From Myxococcota bacterium (GTDB taxonomy: Bacteria > Myxococcota_A > SURF-8), in the NCBI GenBank assembly GCA_965140415.1, contig OZ223209.1:3872001-3936000 (forward strand): DNA of 64,000 nt, written 5' to 3'. Of the stretch, positions 1 to 9,738 are shown in pieces; the stretch's first letter is position 1; each line of letters begins with the position of its first letter. A program made the translations under genes and the position numbers. The notes beneath the pieces are model-generated. The model did not search any database. It saw only the letters and a list, made by a program, of their open reading frames with translations, and was not told the origin of the DNA.

Positions 1-1
1 A

Positions 2-1156
2 GCACCGGCAGCACCACCTGCGCCCTCTCCTTCCGATCACACACAACGGGCAATCGATGTGTATTTGCGCACCATGGTGCAGCGTAAAGCATCGGATCTG
101 CATCTCTGCTCCCAACGCTCCCCGGTTTATCGCATCGACGGAGATCTGCAAGCCGACAGTGCTCATCCGCCGTTTGAGGAACATGCGTTACGCGACATAT
201 TGCTGGGACCATTGGAACAGAAATACCACGATGAATTCGAGGAGCAAGGTTCCACGGATTTCGCCTATGAGATTCCAGGCGTGGGACGTTATCGCTTCAA
301 TATCTACAAGGATTATCGCGGCCTTTCCGCCTCGGTGCGTTTGATTCCCAGCGAAATCCTAAGCGCGGAAGCGCTGAATTTACCCCCGGCCATCCGAGCC
401 CTGGCGGGACTGCCCAAAGGTTTCGTCGTGGTGACGGGACCGACCGGCTCCGGAAAATCCACGACGCTGGCGGCGATTATCGACCTGGTCAACCGGCAAC
501 GAGCGGATCATATCCTTACGGTGGAAGCCCCGATTGAATTCGTCCATCCCGACAAGAAATGCCTGATTCATCAGCGCGAAGTTTCGGTGCATACGCGCAG
601 TTTCAAGGATTCCTTGCGCGATGCCCTGCGCGAAGACCCGGATGTGGTCCTGGTCGGTGAAATGCGCGATCTGGAAACCATCGGCACCGCCATCGAAACC
701 GCCTCGACCGGTCACCTGGTCTTTGGAACGTTACACACGACCACCGCCACCAGCACCGTCAACCGGATTATCGAAATGTTCCCGCACGAGCAACAGTCGC
801 AAATTCGGCATATGCTGGCCGAATCGTTAAAAGCGGTTGTGGCCCAGAATCTGTTGAAGAAAAAAGGCGGAGGCCGGGTTGCGGCACAGGAAGTCTTGAT
901 CATCACCCCCAGCGTGGCCAACCTGATCCGCGAAAACAAGGCGCATCAACTGCTGAACGTGATGCAAACCGGTAAATCGCTGGGAATGCAGTTATTGAAT
1001 GATGAGCTGGTGCGCCTGGTCAAGGATGATCTCGTAGAGGCCGAAGAAGCCTACGCCAAAGCGGTGGACAAAGATGAAATTCTACGCGCGTTCCAGTCCA
1101 ATGGAATCAGCTTCACTCCGCCGCCCGAATTCGGAAGAACACCTGCGGGGGGTTAA
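2..1156 (+). CDS. pilT: Type IV pilus retraction ATPase PilT family (5' end outside window; preceded by a Pro/Ala linker)
   Basis: ASDLHL, Walker A GPTGSGKST, LREDPDVVLVGEMRD, TGHLVFGTLH and ANLIRE motifs. The frame is open from base 2 (APAAPPAPSPSDHTQRAIDVYLR), so the gene starts upstream of the window. Confidence 0.93.
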   Translation, partial: APAAPPAPSPSDHTQRAIDVYLRTMVQRKASDLHLCSQRSPVYRIDGDLQADSAHPPFEEHALRDILLGPLEQKYHDEFEEQGSTDFAYEIPGVGRYRFNIYKDYRGLSASVRLIPSEILSAEALNLPPAIRALAGLPKGFVVVTGPTGSGKSTTLAAIIDLVNRQRADHILTVEAPIEFVHPDKKCLIHQREVSVHTRSFKDSLRDALREDPDVVLVGEMRDLETIGTAIETASTGHLVFGTLHTTTATSTVNRIIEMFPHEQQSQIRHMLAESLKAVVAQNLLKKKGGGRVAAQEVLIITPSVANLIRENKAHQLLNVMQTGKSLGMQLLNDELVRLVKDDLVEAEEAYAKAVDKDEILRAFQSNGISFTPPPEFGRTPAGG

Positions 1157-2883
1157 TCCGTAATCACGTAGCCTTTGATCGGCTCGACCACACGCTCGGA
1201 ACGATACACACCCCAGCGCACCGGAAGCTGTACATGCCAGACTTCCTCCGGGTCGCTCTCGTGAGTGACTTCGATCAGGTGGGAAGGATTGACCGTGGAG
1301 CGTTGCCCGAAGACAAGCAGAACGTTACCGTTATCCATGCGGTCGGCATCTCCCCAGATCGGGGCGAAAATCGCCGGATCGGGCTCGAAACTCCACACTT
1401 TCTGCACGCTCTGCTGACCGGAAATGTCGTTGTAACTGATTTCCAGACCGCGACTGTAGGTGCGGTAACCCTCGCGGCCATTGTCGAACATCAGGATGTT
1501 TCCATTCGATTGGATTTCCGGATCGTGCTGAGCGTAAAACTGGCTCCCGGTTCCCATGTCGAAATCGCCGCTCAAACCCAGTTTCCAAACGATATCCTCG
1601 GTTTGTAGATTGACCTTGAACAGCGCATTCTGTTCGCGGGAAGAGACCAGCATGGCATTTTCACTGGGAAACTTATCGACGCTATTAAGATGCGACCAGT
1701 CAGAACGAATGACATCCGGGACGTAGTGATGACAAATCACCCAGGTCCACACCACCTTGCCCTGTGCAATATCCCAGATATTCGCCGCCCCGGCGGATTT
1801 ATCCTCGTGCCCTTCCCACGCGCCACCGGAGCAGGTCAAGTTGTCGTCCAGATAAAGCAGTTGTCCATCTCCCCAGGGTTCCATGTGATGATGCATGTTC
1901 AGCCGGATACTCCAAAGCCGATTTCCTTCCCAGTCGATTTTCTGCGGCATGATCATGCCGTGATTGCCCGCAATCAGCACCCCTTCGGGAATGGTGCGGA
2001 TATCATTGTCGTTTCCGGCATAGGTGGTTTGAACGCGATAATACCAGCGATATTGACCCCACACGTCGATCATGGCGACGATCATGGGTTCGTTGTCGTA
2101 GCCGTTACTCAGGTTGAACAGCGTCCATCCGGTCTGAATTTTATTGGCGTTGATCTTGGTGATCGACATATGCGGCAGAAAATCCGGCAATTCACCGACA
2201 CTGCGGGAAATGCTGCGGGAAACCGGTCTGCCTGCCGGATCGACGGCAGTGGCGGTAAACGTACAATTGGCCTGGGCGGTCAGTCCCATCACGAAGACCC
2301 GATGCTGAGAACGCGGATTATTGTCTTCAAATTCTTCATGATAGAAAATGCCGCAATCCGCATCGAGATAGGTTTTACTCAGGCGGCTGGTCTCCCACTC
2401 GACATAGTAGGAGAGAACGTTACTCGGGTTTTCTATCGCAGTCAGATTGGTGATTTCGATATCCGGCAGCCCCGGATCTTCATCGGAATCCAAATCGCCA
2501 TCCGGGATGACATCGCCATCCGTGGCATCACCATCTACAATATCGCCATCCGTGACATCACCATCGGTAGTGTCTCCATCCGTGCCGTCACCATCAATAC
2601 CATCGCCATCGATCAAGTCGACGTCACCATCGTTCGTGTCGCCATCTGTCAGATCGCCATCTATCGAATCAACATCACCGTCTGCCGTATCGCCATCTGT
2701 CAGATCGCCATCCGAATCAGGGTTCGAATCGGAATCCGCATCCAGATCTCCATCTTCCAACTCGCCATTTTCGATCCCATCCCGATCGCCAACAGGAGAA
2801 TTCGTATCGGAATCGGAACAGGCCGGCACGAGTAACCCGCACAGGATCAGCGCTATTAAAATCGGATACAGCGAAATTTTCAT
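1153..2883 (-). CDS. Arylsulfotransferase (ASST)-like lipoprotein with DGD-repeat linker
   Basis: Lipobox VPAC, acidic DGD linker, then ASST-type motifs MHHH, WSHLNS, SSREQ, WKLG, AQHDP, FDNG, SRGLE and GDADRMDNGN. Confidence 0.8.
   Translation of the reverse strand: MKISLYPILIALILCGLLVPACSDSDTNSPVGDRDGIENGELEDGDLDADSDSNPDSDGDLTDGDTADGDVDSIDGDLTDGDTNDGDVDLIDGDGIDGDGTDGDTTDGDVTDGDIVDGDATDGDVIPDGDLDSDEDPGLPDIEITNLTAIENPSNVLSYYVEWETSRLSKTYLDADCGIFYHEEFEDNNPRSQHRVFVMGLTAQANCTFTATAVDPAGRPVSRSISRSVGELPDFLPHMSITKINANKIQTGWTLFNLSNGYDNEPMIVAMIDVWGQYRWYYRVQTTYAGNDNDIRTIPEGVLIAGNHGMIMPQKIDWEGNRLWSIRLNMHHHMEPWGDGQLLYLDDNLTCSGGAWEGHEDKSAGAANIWDIAQGKVVWTWVICHHYVPDVIRSDWSHLNSVDKFPSENAMLVSSREQNALFKVNLQTEDIVWKLGLSGDFDMGTGSQFYAQHDPEIQSNGNILMFDNGREGYRTYSRGLEISYNDISGQQSVQKVWSFEPDPAIFAPIWGDADRMDNGNVLLVFGQRSTVNPSHLIEVTHESDPEEVWHVQLPVRWGVYRSERVVEPIKGYVITD
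2494..2754 (-). repeat. Imperfect coding repeat, about 15 DGD units
   Basis: DGDLT/DGDTA/DGDVD/DGDGI/DGDTT units in the 576-aa ORF; recurring atcgccatc on the + strand. Confidence 0.9.
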
Positions 2884-3173
2884 CGATCACCACTCCCTTG
2901 AAGTAAAGCCAAATTCTTTGCATTTAGCCTTTGTATGCCTAAGTGAACGGGATTCATCATACTATGAGCGAGTTAGGGCGTCAACAGAGCGTAGAAGAGA
3001 TTTGTGTATGTATTCAATGTAGAACTCGTTTAGACACTCATTGTATGGAATATTTTTCTAGCAGAGCGGTTTTTGTTGAGAATTTCGATAAAGTAGATAT
3101 GATAAGTGCCTACGCCATGGGCTTTTAATTAGAGACCTCCGACGAAACCTGTTCTGCCGGAAGGGGAGTAACA

Positions 3174-4991
3174 ATGAAGAAGATGATGATTTTGTGTTTG
3201 TTTTTCCTGCTTATCGCCTCCGTGAACCTACTAGGTTGCGGTGGAGACGACGATCCGATCACCGACGGCGATACAGCCGATGGCGATGCGACCGACGGCG
3301 ACACGACGGACGGTGACACCACTGACGGCGACACCACTGACGGCGACACGACGGACGGAGACACGACGGACGGCGACACGATAGACGGCGATACAACGGA
3401 CGGTGATACCACGGATGGCGATACGACCGACGGTGATACGACTGACGGCGACACCACCGACGGCGACACCACCGACGGCGACACGACAGACGGAGACACG
3501 ACCGATGGCGACAGCACCGATGGTGACACGACGACCGAACTGACGATCTCCAACCTGATTGTTGCGGAAAGTACGACAAATCATTTGGCGGCAATCGTTA
3601 TTTTCGACACCTCCGTTCCGACCACAGCCAGCGTAGCGGTTTCGGACGGCCAGCGCTCCTCCTGGACGGTGGATTCTGGCGATGAACTGAAAACAAGCCA
3701 TGAACTGGTCGTGCTTGGTCTGGTTTCAGAAACCGCGTATTCACTGACCATTACGGTCGAAGACGACTTGCAGCGCAGCATCAGCAGCGATCCGCAGCCC
3801 TTCACAACCGATTCCCTGCCCGATGATTTCCCGCCGATTCATCTGACCGTTGCCGCCACGGAAAACGTACAACCCGGCGTCACGCTGATGAATGTGGAGC
3901 GTTGGAATCCTGCCAATGATATCGGTTACGGCTTGATCCTGGCAGTAGACGATCAAGGACAGGTCGTTTGGTATCTGCGGGATAACTTCCTGATCTTCGA
4001 TGTCAAACCGATGGACTCAGACACACTGGTCTACTCCTACATCAACATCGGTTTCCGCTTTGTGGACTGGACCGGCGAAGAAACCAACGAACTCATTTCC
4101 TTCAACACCGGCGTAGACACCTTCCACCACGACATCATCCAGATTCCGAATGGCAATTACCTTACCATTTCCACCGAGTTAAAAGAAATCAGTGGATATC
4201 CGCCTGAAGCAGGCAAAGACGATGGTGAAACCTACAACGTGGTCGGCGATGTCATTGTGGAAGTAACCCCGGACGGCACGCTTGTTAAAAGCTGGTCGAT
4301 GTTCGATTACCTGGACCCGAAACGCACCCGTGAAGGATTTCACGATCAGTTCTGGGATCAGAACTACGCCAACATCGGCACCACCAAAGACTGGACCCAT
4401 TGCAATGCGCTACTGTATGACGAATCGGACAATTCGATAATCATCTCCTGTCGCAATCAGGATTGGCTGATCAAGATCGACCGCGACACCGACGATCTGG
4501 TCTGGAAACTGGGTGAAGGCGGCGATTTCACGATGCTTGGAGACGGCGAATGGATCTATCATCAGCACGCTCCCGAGTTTCTGCCTAACGGCAATCTGCT
4601 GATTTACGATAACGGAAATGGCCGTTACTCCAACAAGGAAAACGTTGCGCTTTACTCCCGCGCAGTGGAATACAACATCGACGAAGTCAACATGACGGTC
4701 GAGCAGGTCTGGGAATATCTCCCGGCAGAGACGCCGAATTATTCGCCCTTCGTTGGGGATGCCAACCGGCTTGAAAACGGGAATATCCTGGTCGTCAATG
4801 GTGGCTTGGTGGACGATCCCGATTTACATTACACCGAACCGACGAACTTGAAGAGCGCTAGAATCACCGAAATCATCCCTGGAGATCCGATTCAGAAAGC
4901 GTTTGAACTTACGGTGCGCGACGAAGCGGAAACCGATCCGGTCGGCTACAGTATTTATCGCGCTGTGCGCATTCCGGCTTTCCACGAATAA
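3174..4991 (+). CDS. Arylsulfotransferase (ASST)-like lipoprotein with DGDTT repeats
   Basis: RBS GGGGAG, lipobox LLGC, Ig-like N-domain, then FHHD, WTHCNA, ISCRNQD, HQHAP, YDNG, SRAVEY and GDANRLENGN. Confidence 0.85.
   Translation: MKKMMILCLFFLLIASVNLLGCGGDDDPITDGDTADGDATDGDTTDGDTTDGDTTDGDTTDGDTTDGDTIDGDTTDGDTTDGDTTDGDTTDGDTTDGDTTDGDTTDGDTTDGDSTDGDTTTELTISNLIVAESTTNHLAAIVIFDTSVPTTASVAVSDGQRSSWTVDSGDELKTSHELVVLGLVSETAYSLTITVEDDLQRSISSDPQPFTTDSLPDDFPPIHLTVAATENVQPGVTLMNVERWNPANDIGYGLILAVDDQGQVVWYLRDNFLIFDVKPMDSDTLVYSYINIGFRFVDWTGEETNELISFNTGVDTFHHDIIQIPNGNYLTISTELKEISGYPPEAGKDDGETYNVVGDVIVEVTPDGTLVKSWSMFDYLDPKRTREGFHDQFWDQNYANIGTTKDWTHCNALLYDESDNSIIISCRNQDWLIKIDRDTDDLVWKLGEGGDFTMLGDGEWIYHQHAPEFLPNGNLLIYDNGNGRYSNKENVALYSRAVEYNIDEVNMTVEQVWEYLPAETPNYSPFVGDANRLENGNILVVNGGLVDDPDLHYTEPTNLKSARITEIIPGDPIQKAFELTVRDEAETDPVGYSIYRAVRIPAFHE
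3264..3533 (+). repeat. 18 x 15-bp coding tandem repeat (DGDTT)
   Basis: 270 bp = 18 units encoding DGDT[T/A/I], DGDAT or DGDST; third codon positions vary between units. Confidence 0.97.
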
Positions 4992-5011
4992 ATACGAACT
5001 GCAACGCGACG

Positions 5012-5042
5012 AAAACGGGGAGCGGCGTCTCCCCGTTTTTTA
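5012..5042 (+). terminator. Intrinsic terminator
   Basis: AAAACGGGGAG-cggcgt-CTCCCCGTTTT plus T-run just after the ASST stop codon. Confidence 0.85.
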
Positions 5043-5060
5043 TTTCAGAAAAGGAACCCG

Positions 5061-5540
5061 ATGCCCGTCGAAATCGAACGCCGTTTTTTAATCGATCCGA
5101 AACAGCTTCCGCAGTCGTTATTGGTTGACGGAAATCACCTGGTGCAGGGCTATCTCACTTCCGGTGTGGATTTACAGGTGAGAGTGCGTACAGCCGGCGA
5201 CAAGGGAATACTGACGATCAAAGGGAAGCAACACCAAGGCGTTACGCCTGAATACGAGTACGAAATTCCACTGCAAGACGCCCAGGAACTGCTTCCGCTC
5301 TGCTCGAATTACCTGATTCGCAAAACCCGCTATCGCTACGACTTTGAGAGACATTGCTTCGAAATCGATGTTTTCAAAGCGGAGAACGCAGGGCTGGTTA
5401 TCGTTGAAGTTGAATTACAGCAAACGAATGAAGAAGTAAGCCTGCCTGCTTTCTTGCAGTCTGCGAGAGAGATCTCCGGTGATTTCCGCTATTCCAACGC
5501 CAGCTTATCCAAAACGCCGTACAGTGAATTTGGACGATAG
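5061..5540 (+). CDS. CYTH domain protein (triphosphate tunnel metalloenzyme)
   Basis: N-terminal EIERRF (ExExK/R), QGYL, VRVR, EYEYEIP, KTRY, EIDVF, EVE and YSNASL. Confidence 0.92.
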   Translation: MPVEIERRFLIDPKQLPQSLLVDGNHLVQGYLTSGVDLQVRVRTAGDKGILTIKGKQHQGVTPEYEYEIPLQDAQELLPLCSNYLIRKTRYRYDFERHCFEIDVFKAENAGLVIVEVELQQTNEEVSLPAFLQSAREISGDFRYSNASLSKTPYSEFGR

Positions 5541-5580
5541 TACGTTTGTTTCCATTTCTAATTCTACACGACCATGGCGA

Positions 5581-5647
5581 GCGGCATGGGCGAAGCGGAG
5601 CTTGTCCATGTAGATCACGGGCAAGCCTGCGGCTTGGCCCGCGCCAC
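5581..5647. repeat. Inverted pair of REP-like palindromes (REPIN-like doublet)
   Basis: 5581-5610(+) GCGGCATGGGCGAAGC-gga-GCTTGTCCATG and 5647-5616(-) GTGGCGCGGGCCAAGC-cgcag-GCTTGCCCGTG are homologous hairpins separated by 5 nt. Confidence 0.6.
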
Positions 5648-5785
5648 ACATCCGTGCTTAACCTATTGAAGACACACAGCCTTCCACGATCTTCGATCGC
5701 GTAAGACGATGGCACAACTTCATAGCATCATTGGTAATATATGACTAATTCCTAGTCCAACACACGCGATAACAGCCACAAATAG

Positions 5786-5822
5786 AAAACCGGATGAGCA
5801 CCCTGGCCTCATCCGGTTTTTT
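5786..5822. terminator. Bidirectional intrinsic terminator
   Basis: AAAACCGGATGAG...CTCATCCGGTTTTTT between convergent genes. Confidence 0.85.
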
Positions 5823-5844
5823 GTCTTATTCTCTGCGCTGTAAT

Positions 5845-8436
5845 TTAGAATTCGATCTGCACGGAATGCTCTCCCGCAGGCACTTTGACGAAGATCGCCC
5901 CGCCTTTTTCCATCGAATGCAGCCAGCCGCTTTGGGCCTCTTCCAACGCTTCGAAAGTAGCCACTTCCGAAAGCGCCGCATCATCCATGGCGACGCTGGC
6001 CGGTTTGCTTGGCTGCGCCATGACTTCGAACAGCGCACCATACTTGTATTGCTCGCCGTCCTTGTAAGCCAGCGACAGCACCCCCTCATCGGTCAATTCC
6101 TGGCTGAGCACACAACCATCATACAATGTGAATTCGCTTGCCGCACCGGCGACCACACGCGGATACAACACGCCCGGTGTCGTGGCCAGCGAATCGACGT
6201 TTTCTTCCGTAGTAGGTGCGATGGCGTCGATGGTCGGTCGTAATAGCGGTACGATACCGCCAGCCATCAGATACAAGGGAAGCTTGGACAATGGAGCCGC
6301 CACCGTTTCCGTTTTGCCGCCTTCATGCACGCTGCCGTCGAACCAATCCACCCAGCTTCCGGGCGGGAAAATGACGTCCTGCTCGGTTTGGCCTTCGTTC
6401 ACGACCGGAGCAACCAGCAGATAGTCGCCGAACATGTAGATGAAATCGGGATGCTCACCTAGCTCGGGGTACGCCAATCCAAGCGCGCGCTGAATCGGGC
6501 GACCATCCGTAGCCAGATTTTTGGCGTAGGTCCATTCATAAGGGAACAAGCGCAGATGCAGGCGCGTATATTCGCGGTACCAGCCCAGCATCTCGTCATC
6601 GAAGCCGTTGTCAGAGTCATACTCCCAGGCAACGTCGTTGCTGCTGGTGCCGATCTGCATGACCGAAGAGAGCGCCGTGTGCTGGAACCAGCGCGTGAAG
6701 GTTTCCTTATTTGGCGGCGAATGGCGATAGCCGCCGGTATCCGAACCGAAGAACGGGAAACCGCTAGGGCCAAGGCTGACCGAACAGATCACGGCGGAAG
6801 GCAAACCGCCCACCGCGCCGTATTCCTCTCCATCTCTACCGGTAACCCTGTCAAAATGATGCGACAAGTCCGCGTCCAGATCGCCCGGCCAGATAACGTT
6901 CACGTTTTTCTGATCGCCGTAGGTTCCACCGCGAGCGATGATGAAGCTTCCTTCCACAGGAAAGAGTTCGGCATAAACTTTGTGATAAAGCAGTTGGTAC
7001 ATCGAATGCATCGTGCGCTCGTCGGAACCGTCGTAGAATTCCCAGATATTACGCGCGCCGAAAATACCCGGCACGACATCTTCGCCGTAATCGAGCTTGA
7101 AACCTTCGATCCCCATATCCACGTACTTCTGAATCTGGCTCTGCCACCAGGCGTAGGCGTCCGGGTTGGTCAGATCGACAGGCAAGCTCCACTTGTTCAA
7201 CGGGATACCGGACTGCGGCGGGAAATATCCGTGTTCGGTAGCATAGTCATTCAAGACCTTGGCCGCATCCGTTGGAGATTCCTTCGTCGAAACGTATGGC
7301 GTATGCCAGAGCGCCAATCGGAAGCCGTAAGCGTGAATCTTTTCGATCATAGCACCCGGGTCCGGGAATTGGGACGGCAGAAAATCGAAGGAGTTCACCG
7401 CGCTGGCATAGGGACGATCGATCCAGATGGCAGTGGTCGCCAGATCCAGTTCCCGTATGGTTTCGATGTCGTTTTCCACTTCAGCCTGATCGCGGTTTTC
7501 ATCGCGCCAGATCCAAGGGCCCAGCGCCCACGGCGCAGGCAAGGACGGCGCGCCGGTGACTTCGTAATAGTGATGCGTCACATCCAGTGGATGCTCGGCG
7601 GCGAAAAGGTGGAAGACCAGGCCATCCATCGTTCCCACGCCGGTACCATAGGTCACGACAAGTTGGTCATCCTGTTCGGTGGCACATTCGAAAGTCGCCG
7701 GGTAAGGATTTTCCACAAACAGCCCCCAGCCGGTAGTTCCCGTTACGAAAGGAACCGGAACGTGGGCCTCGTTGTAACCGCTTTCCAAGGCCAGGTTGGC
7801 TTCGATCTGCATGGCGCGGACCTTGCCGCGACTGTTCACCGAATCCATCAACTCACCCAGTCCATAAAAGCCTTCCTGAGCGTCCACCGTAGGCTGCAAG
7901 CGATAATAGGCGATATCCGGACCGCCCTCTTTCGGCAGTATTTCCAGACGATAACTACCGTTATCGGCACGAGTTACCGTTAAACTGGCCTGCTTGCCCT
8001 CTTCAAACGTCAGGCCGTATTCCACGCTGTCCGTTTCGGATTTCTGCAATTCAATGGCGGTCAAACTCAACCAACGCAGATTTTCCGGTGGTGTATAGGT
8101 AGTTTCGCCGATTACCAGCGGCCATGGATCGTAGTTGCCATTAAGATCCAGTTTCTGCACGGCCCCCAGTTGCAAGCCCGCAGCCGGGAAATTCAACAGC
8201 ACCTCATCGTTACGAGAGAGCGAGAACGTCAGGGCTTCGCTATCCACATCCAACAGGTACCCTCCGCCGGATAAAGGTCCTCCGTCATCTGTTTCTCCCT
8301 GCTCTGAAAGATCGCTGTCGCCATCGGGTGTTGAATCCGAGTCGCTATCGTCGCTACAACTATAGAGCAGCGTAAAGCAGCATAAGACACTCCACAACAG
8401 CAGGTTTCGTTTGCTTCTCAACCAGGAAATACTCAT
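5845..8436 (-). CDS. Glycoside hydrolase family 31 lipoprotein (alpha-glucosidase/alpha-xylosidase-like)
   Basis: Lipobox LYSC, YGLGE, PWALG, WIDRPY, GFKLDYGE (nucleophile Asp), WPGD (acid/base), GSDTGGY and YMFGDYLLVAPV. Confidence 0.92.
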   Translation of the reverse strand: MSISWLRSKRNLLLWSVLCCFTLLYSCSDDSDSDSTPDGDSDLSEQGETDDGGPLSGGGYLLDVDSEALTFSLSRNDEVLLNFPAAGLQLGAVQKLDLNGNYDPWPLVIGETTYTPPENLRWLSLTAIELQKSETDSVEYGLTFEEGKQASLTVTRADNGSYRLEILPKEGGPDIAYYRLQPTVDAQEGFYGLGELMDSVNSRGKVRAMQIEANLALESGYNEAHVPVPFVTGTTGWGLFVENPYPATFECATEQDDQLVVTYGTGVGTMDGLVFHLFAAEHPLDVTHHYYEVTGAPSLPAPWALGPWIWRDENRDQAEVENDIETIRELDLATTAIWIDRPYASAVNSFDFLPSQFPDPGAMIEKIHAYGFRLALWHTPYVSTKESPTDAAKVLNDYATEHGYFPPQSGIPLNKWSLPVDLTNPDAYAWWQSQIQKYVDMGIEGFKLDYGEDVVPGIFGARNIWEFYDGSDERTMHSMYQLLYHKVYAELFPVEGSFIIARGGTYGDQKNVNVIWPGDLDADLSHHFDRVTGRDGEEYGAVGGLPSAVICSVSLGPSGFPFFGSDTGGYRHSPPNKETFTRWFQHTALSSVMQIGTSSNDVAWEYDSDNGFDDEMLGWYREYTRLHLRLFPYEWTYAKNLATDGRPIQRALGLAYPELGEHPDFIYMFGDYLLVAPVVNEGQTEQDVIFPPGSWVDWFDGSVHEGGKTETVAAPLSKLPLYLMAGGIVPLLRPTIDAIAPTTEENVDSLATTPGVLYPRVVAGAASEFTLYDGCVLSQELTDEGVLSLAYKDGEQYKYGALFEVMAQPSKPASVAMDDAALSEVATFEALEEAQSGWLHSMEKGGAIFVKVPAGEHSVQIEF

Positions 8437-8782
8437 ACCACTCTCCTTTATTACTCATTCTCCGAACGAATCGAGCTTTTAGTCTTATTGTGCAGGCGTA
8501 TTCGGAGCGGTTCATTGCTCCGGAATTCGCGAGTCAGTTTAATGGCTTCCCGGCCATCTGTCCAGTGTTTGCACGTCGAGTGTTCATGATTCGGATTCCA
8601 TTTAAAAAAACGATGCTTCACAGACGAGACAGAAATATTGCAAAGTTGAATAGCGAACGGAAGCTTTCTGCCCATTCATGCTCAACCTGATTTTTCTTTC
8701 ATTCCAAGATTTCGATTGCTATACTTCATTCACAATCCCACTCGCCAGGACCGGGGAGACTTGCACTTGCAGGAGAGGTTTC

Positions 8783-9700
8783 ATGATTTCCCATTGCAAT
8801 GCCGATCTGTCATTTCGCGTGAGTATCTTGCGCTATTGCGGCGCATTCTTGTTGCTGACACCTTTATTGCTGGGAATGCTCGTCGCCTGCAACGACTCCG
8901 AGAAAGAACTGCCGGATTACTTGAATGAAGACGGTAGCTGCAAATACTACAACAACGTCGATTTCCCCTGTGAGGTAGAAGGTCTGGCCTGTAACGGCTG
9001 CAAAATCGTGGAATACGAGAGCACCTGTTACGGTGGTGGCCCAGACGACCCCGATCATCCCTGTACCACGGGTTGTACCTGCGATGGCAGTAGCCTTGTG
9101 GAAGATTGCTGCGAGCAGGATCTAACTTGCGTGGACGATGAAACGGGAGTGCACTGCGGCATCCGAACGGATTCGGATGGCGATGAGAAACCACACATCT
9201 CGCTTAACGACGCCTGCGAACAAGCTCCCGTTTTGGGTTGTAATGACCATATCTCCGGTGACATAAATGACGGATACAACCATTTTTCGTATTACCGCCC
9301 CTGTAGCACGGCAAACGCAATCGGAACGGAATTGATCTACAGTTTTACCGTCGATCAGGATCTCGACGTGCAAGTGACTCTCTCCACGGGGTCAAGCTCG
9401 AAACTGTTGTACCTGCTGAGCCAATGTTCCAATGAGAGTTGCCTGGAATACGATTCCGCCTTGAGCAGATCGGCAGCCAGAATCGATTTTCAAGCAATTG
9501 CAGAAAAAACGTATTGGATCGTTGTCGATACCTACGAAGGCGGAGCCGGCCCGTTTGAACTGGATATTCATTGTCCAGGCATTGTCTCTGATGGCGATCT
9601 GGATACCATCGATAGAGAGTTTGAACCGGATGCGCCGGAAGCAGACGCCGAAACGGATCTCACGGAAAACGAATCCGAAGCCCACGAAAGCGCCGACTGA
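8783..9700 (+). CDS. Cys-rich lipoprotein with PPC-like beta-sandwich domain
   Basis: RBS AGGAGAGG before ATG 8783, lipobox LVAC, Cys-rich segment, ND.C..A / ELIYSF / YWIVVD..G.GPFEL pattern and acidic tail. Confidence 0.6.
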   Translation: MISHCNADLSFRVSILRYCGAFLLLTPLLLGMLVACNDSEKELPDYLNEDGSCKYYNNVDFPCEVEGLACNGCKIVEYESTCYGGGPDDPDHPCTTGCTCDGSSLVEDCCEQDLTCVDDETGVHCGIRTDSDGDEKPHISLNDACEQAPVLGCNDHISGDINDGYNHFSYYRPCSTANAIGTELIYSFTVDQDLDVQVTLSTGSSSKLLYLLSQCSNESCLEYDSALSRSAARIDFQAIAEKTYWIVVDTYEGGAGPFELDIHCPGIVSDGDLDTIDREFEPDAPEADAETDLTENESEAHESAD

Positions 9701-9738
9701 CAAACCGCCCTCCCCTACCCGGACTCTTTCTTAGCCTG

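Noticed and set aside
3264-3533. 15-bp tandem repeats as a CRISPR array
   Set aside because: No spacers, in-frame coding with synonymous variation, and no cas genes.
3125-3553. (SPSVV)n ORF on the minus strand, and similar ORFs at 2447-3022 and 14043-14312
   Set aside because: Antisense or alternate-frame shadows of the DGD repeats.
6556-7983. Long antisense ORFs (also 1690-2835, 10108-11232, 29010-30314, 58395-59426, 61259-62329)
   Set aside because: They fully overlap well-supported genes on the opposite strand and have no recognisable motifs.
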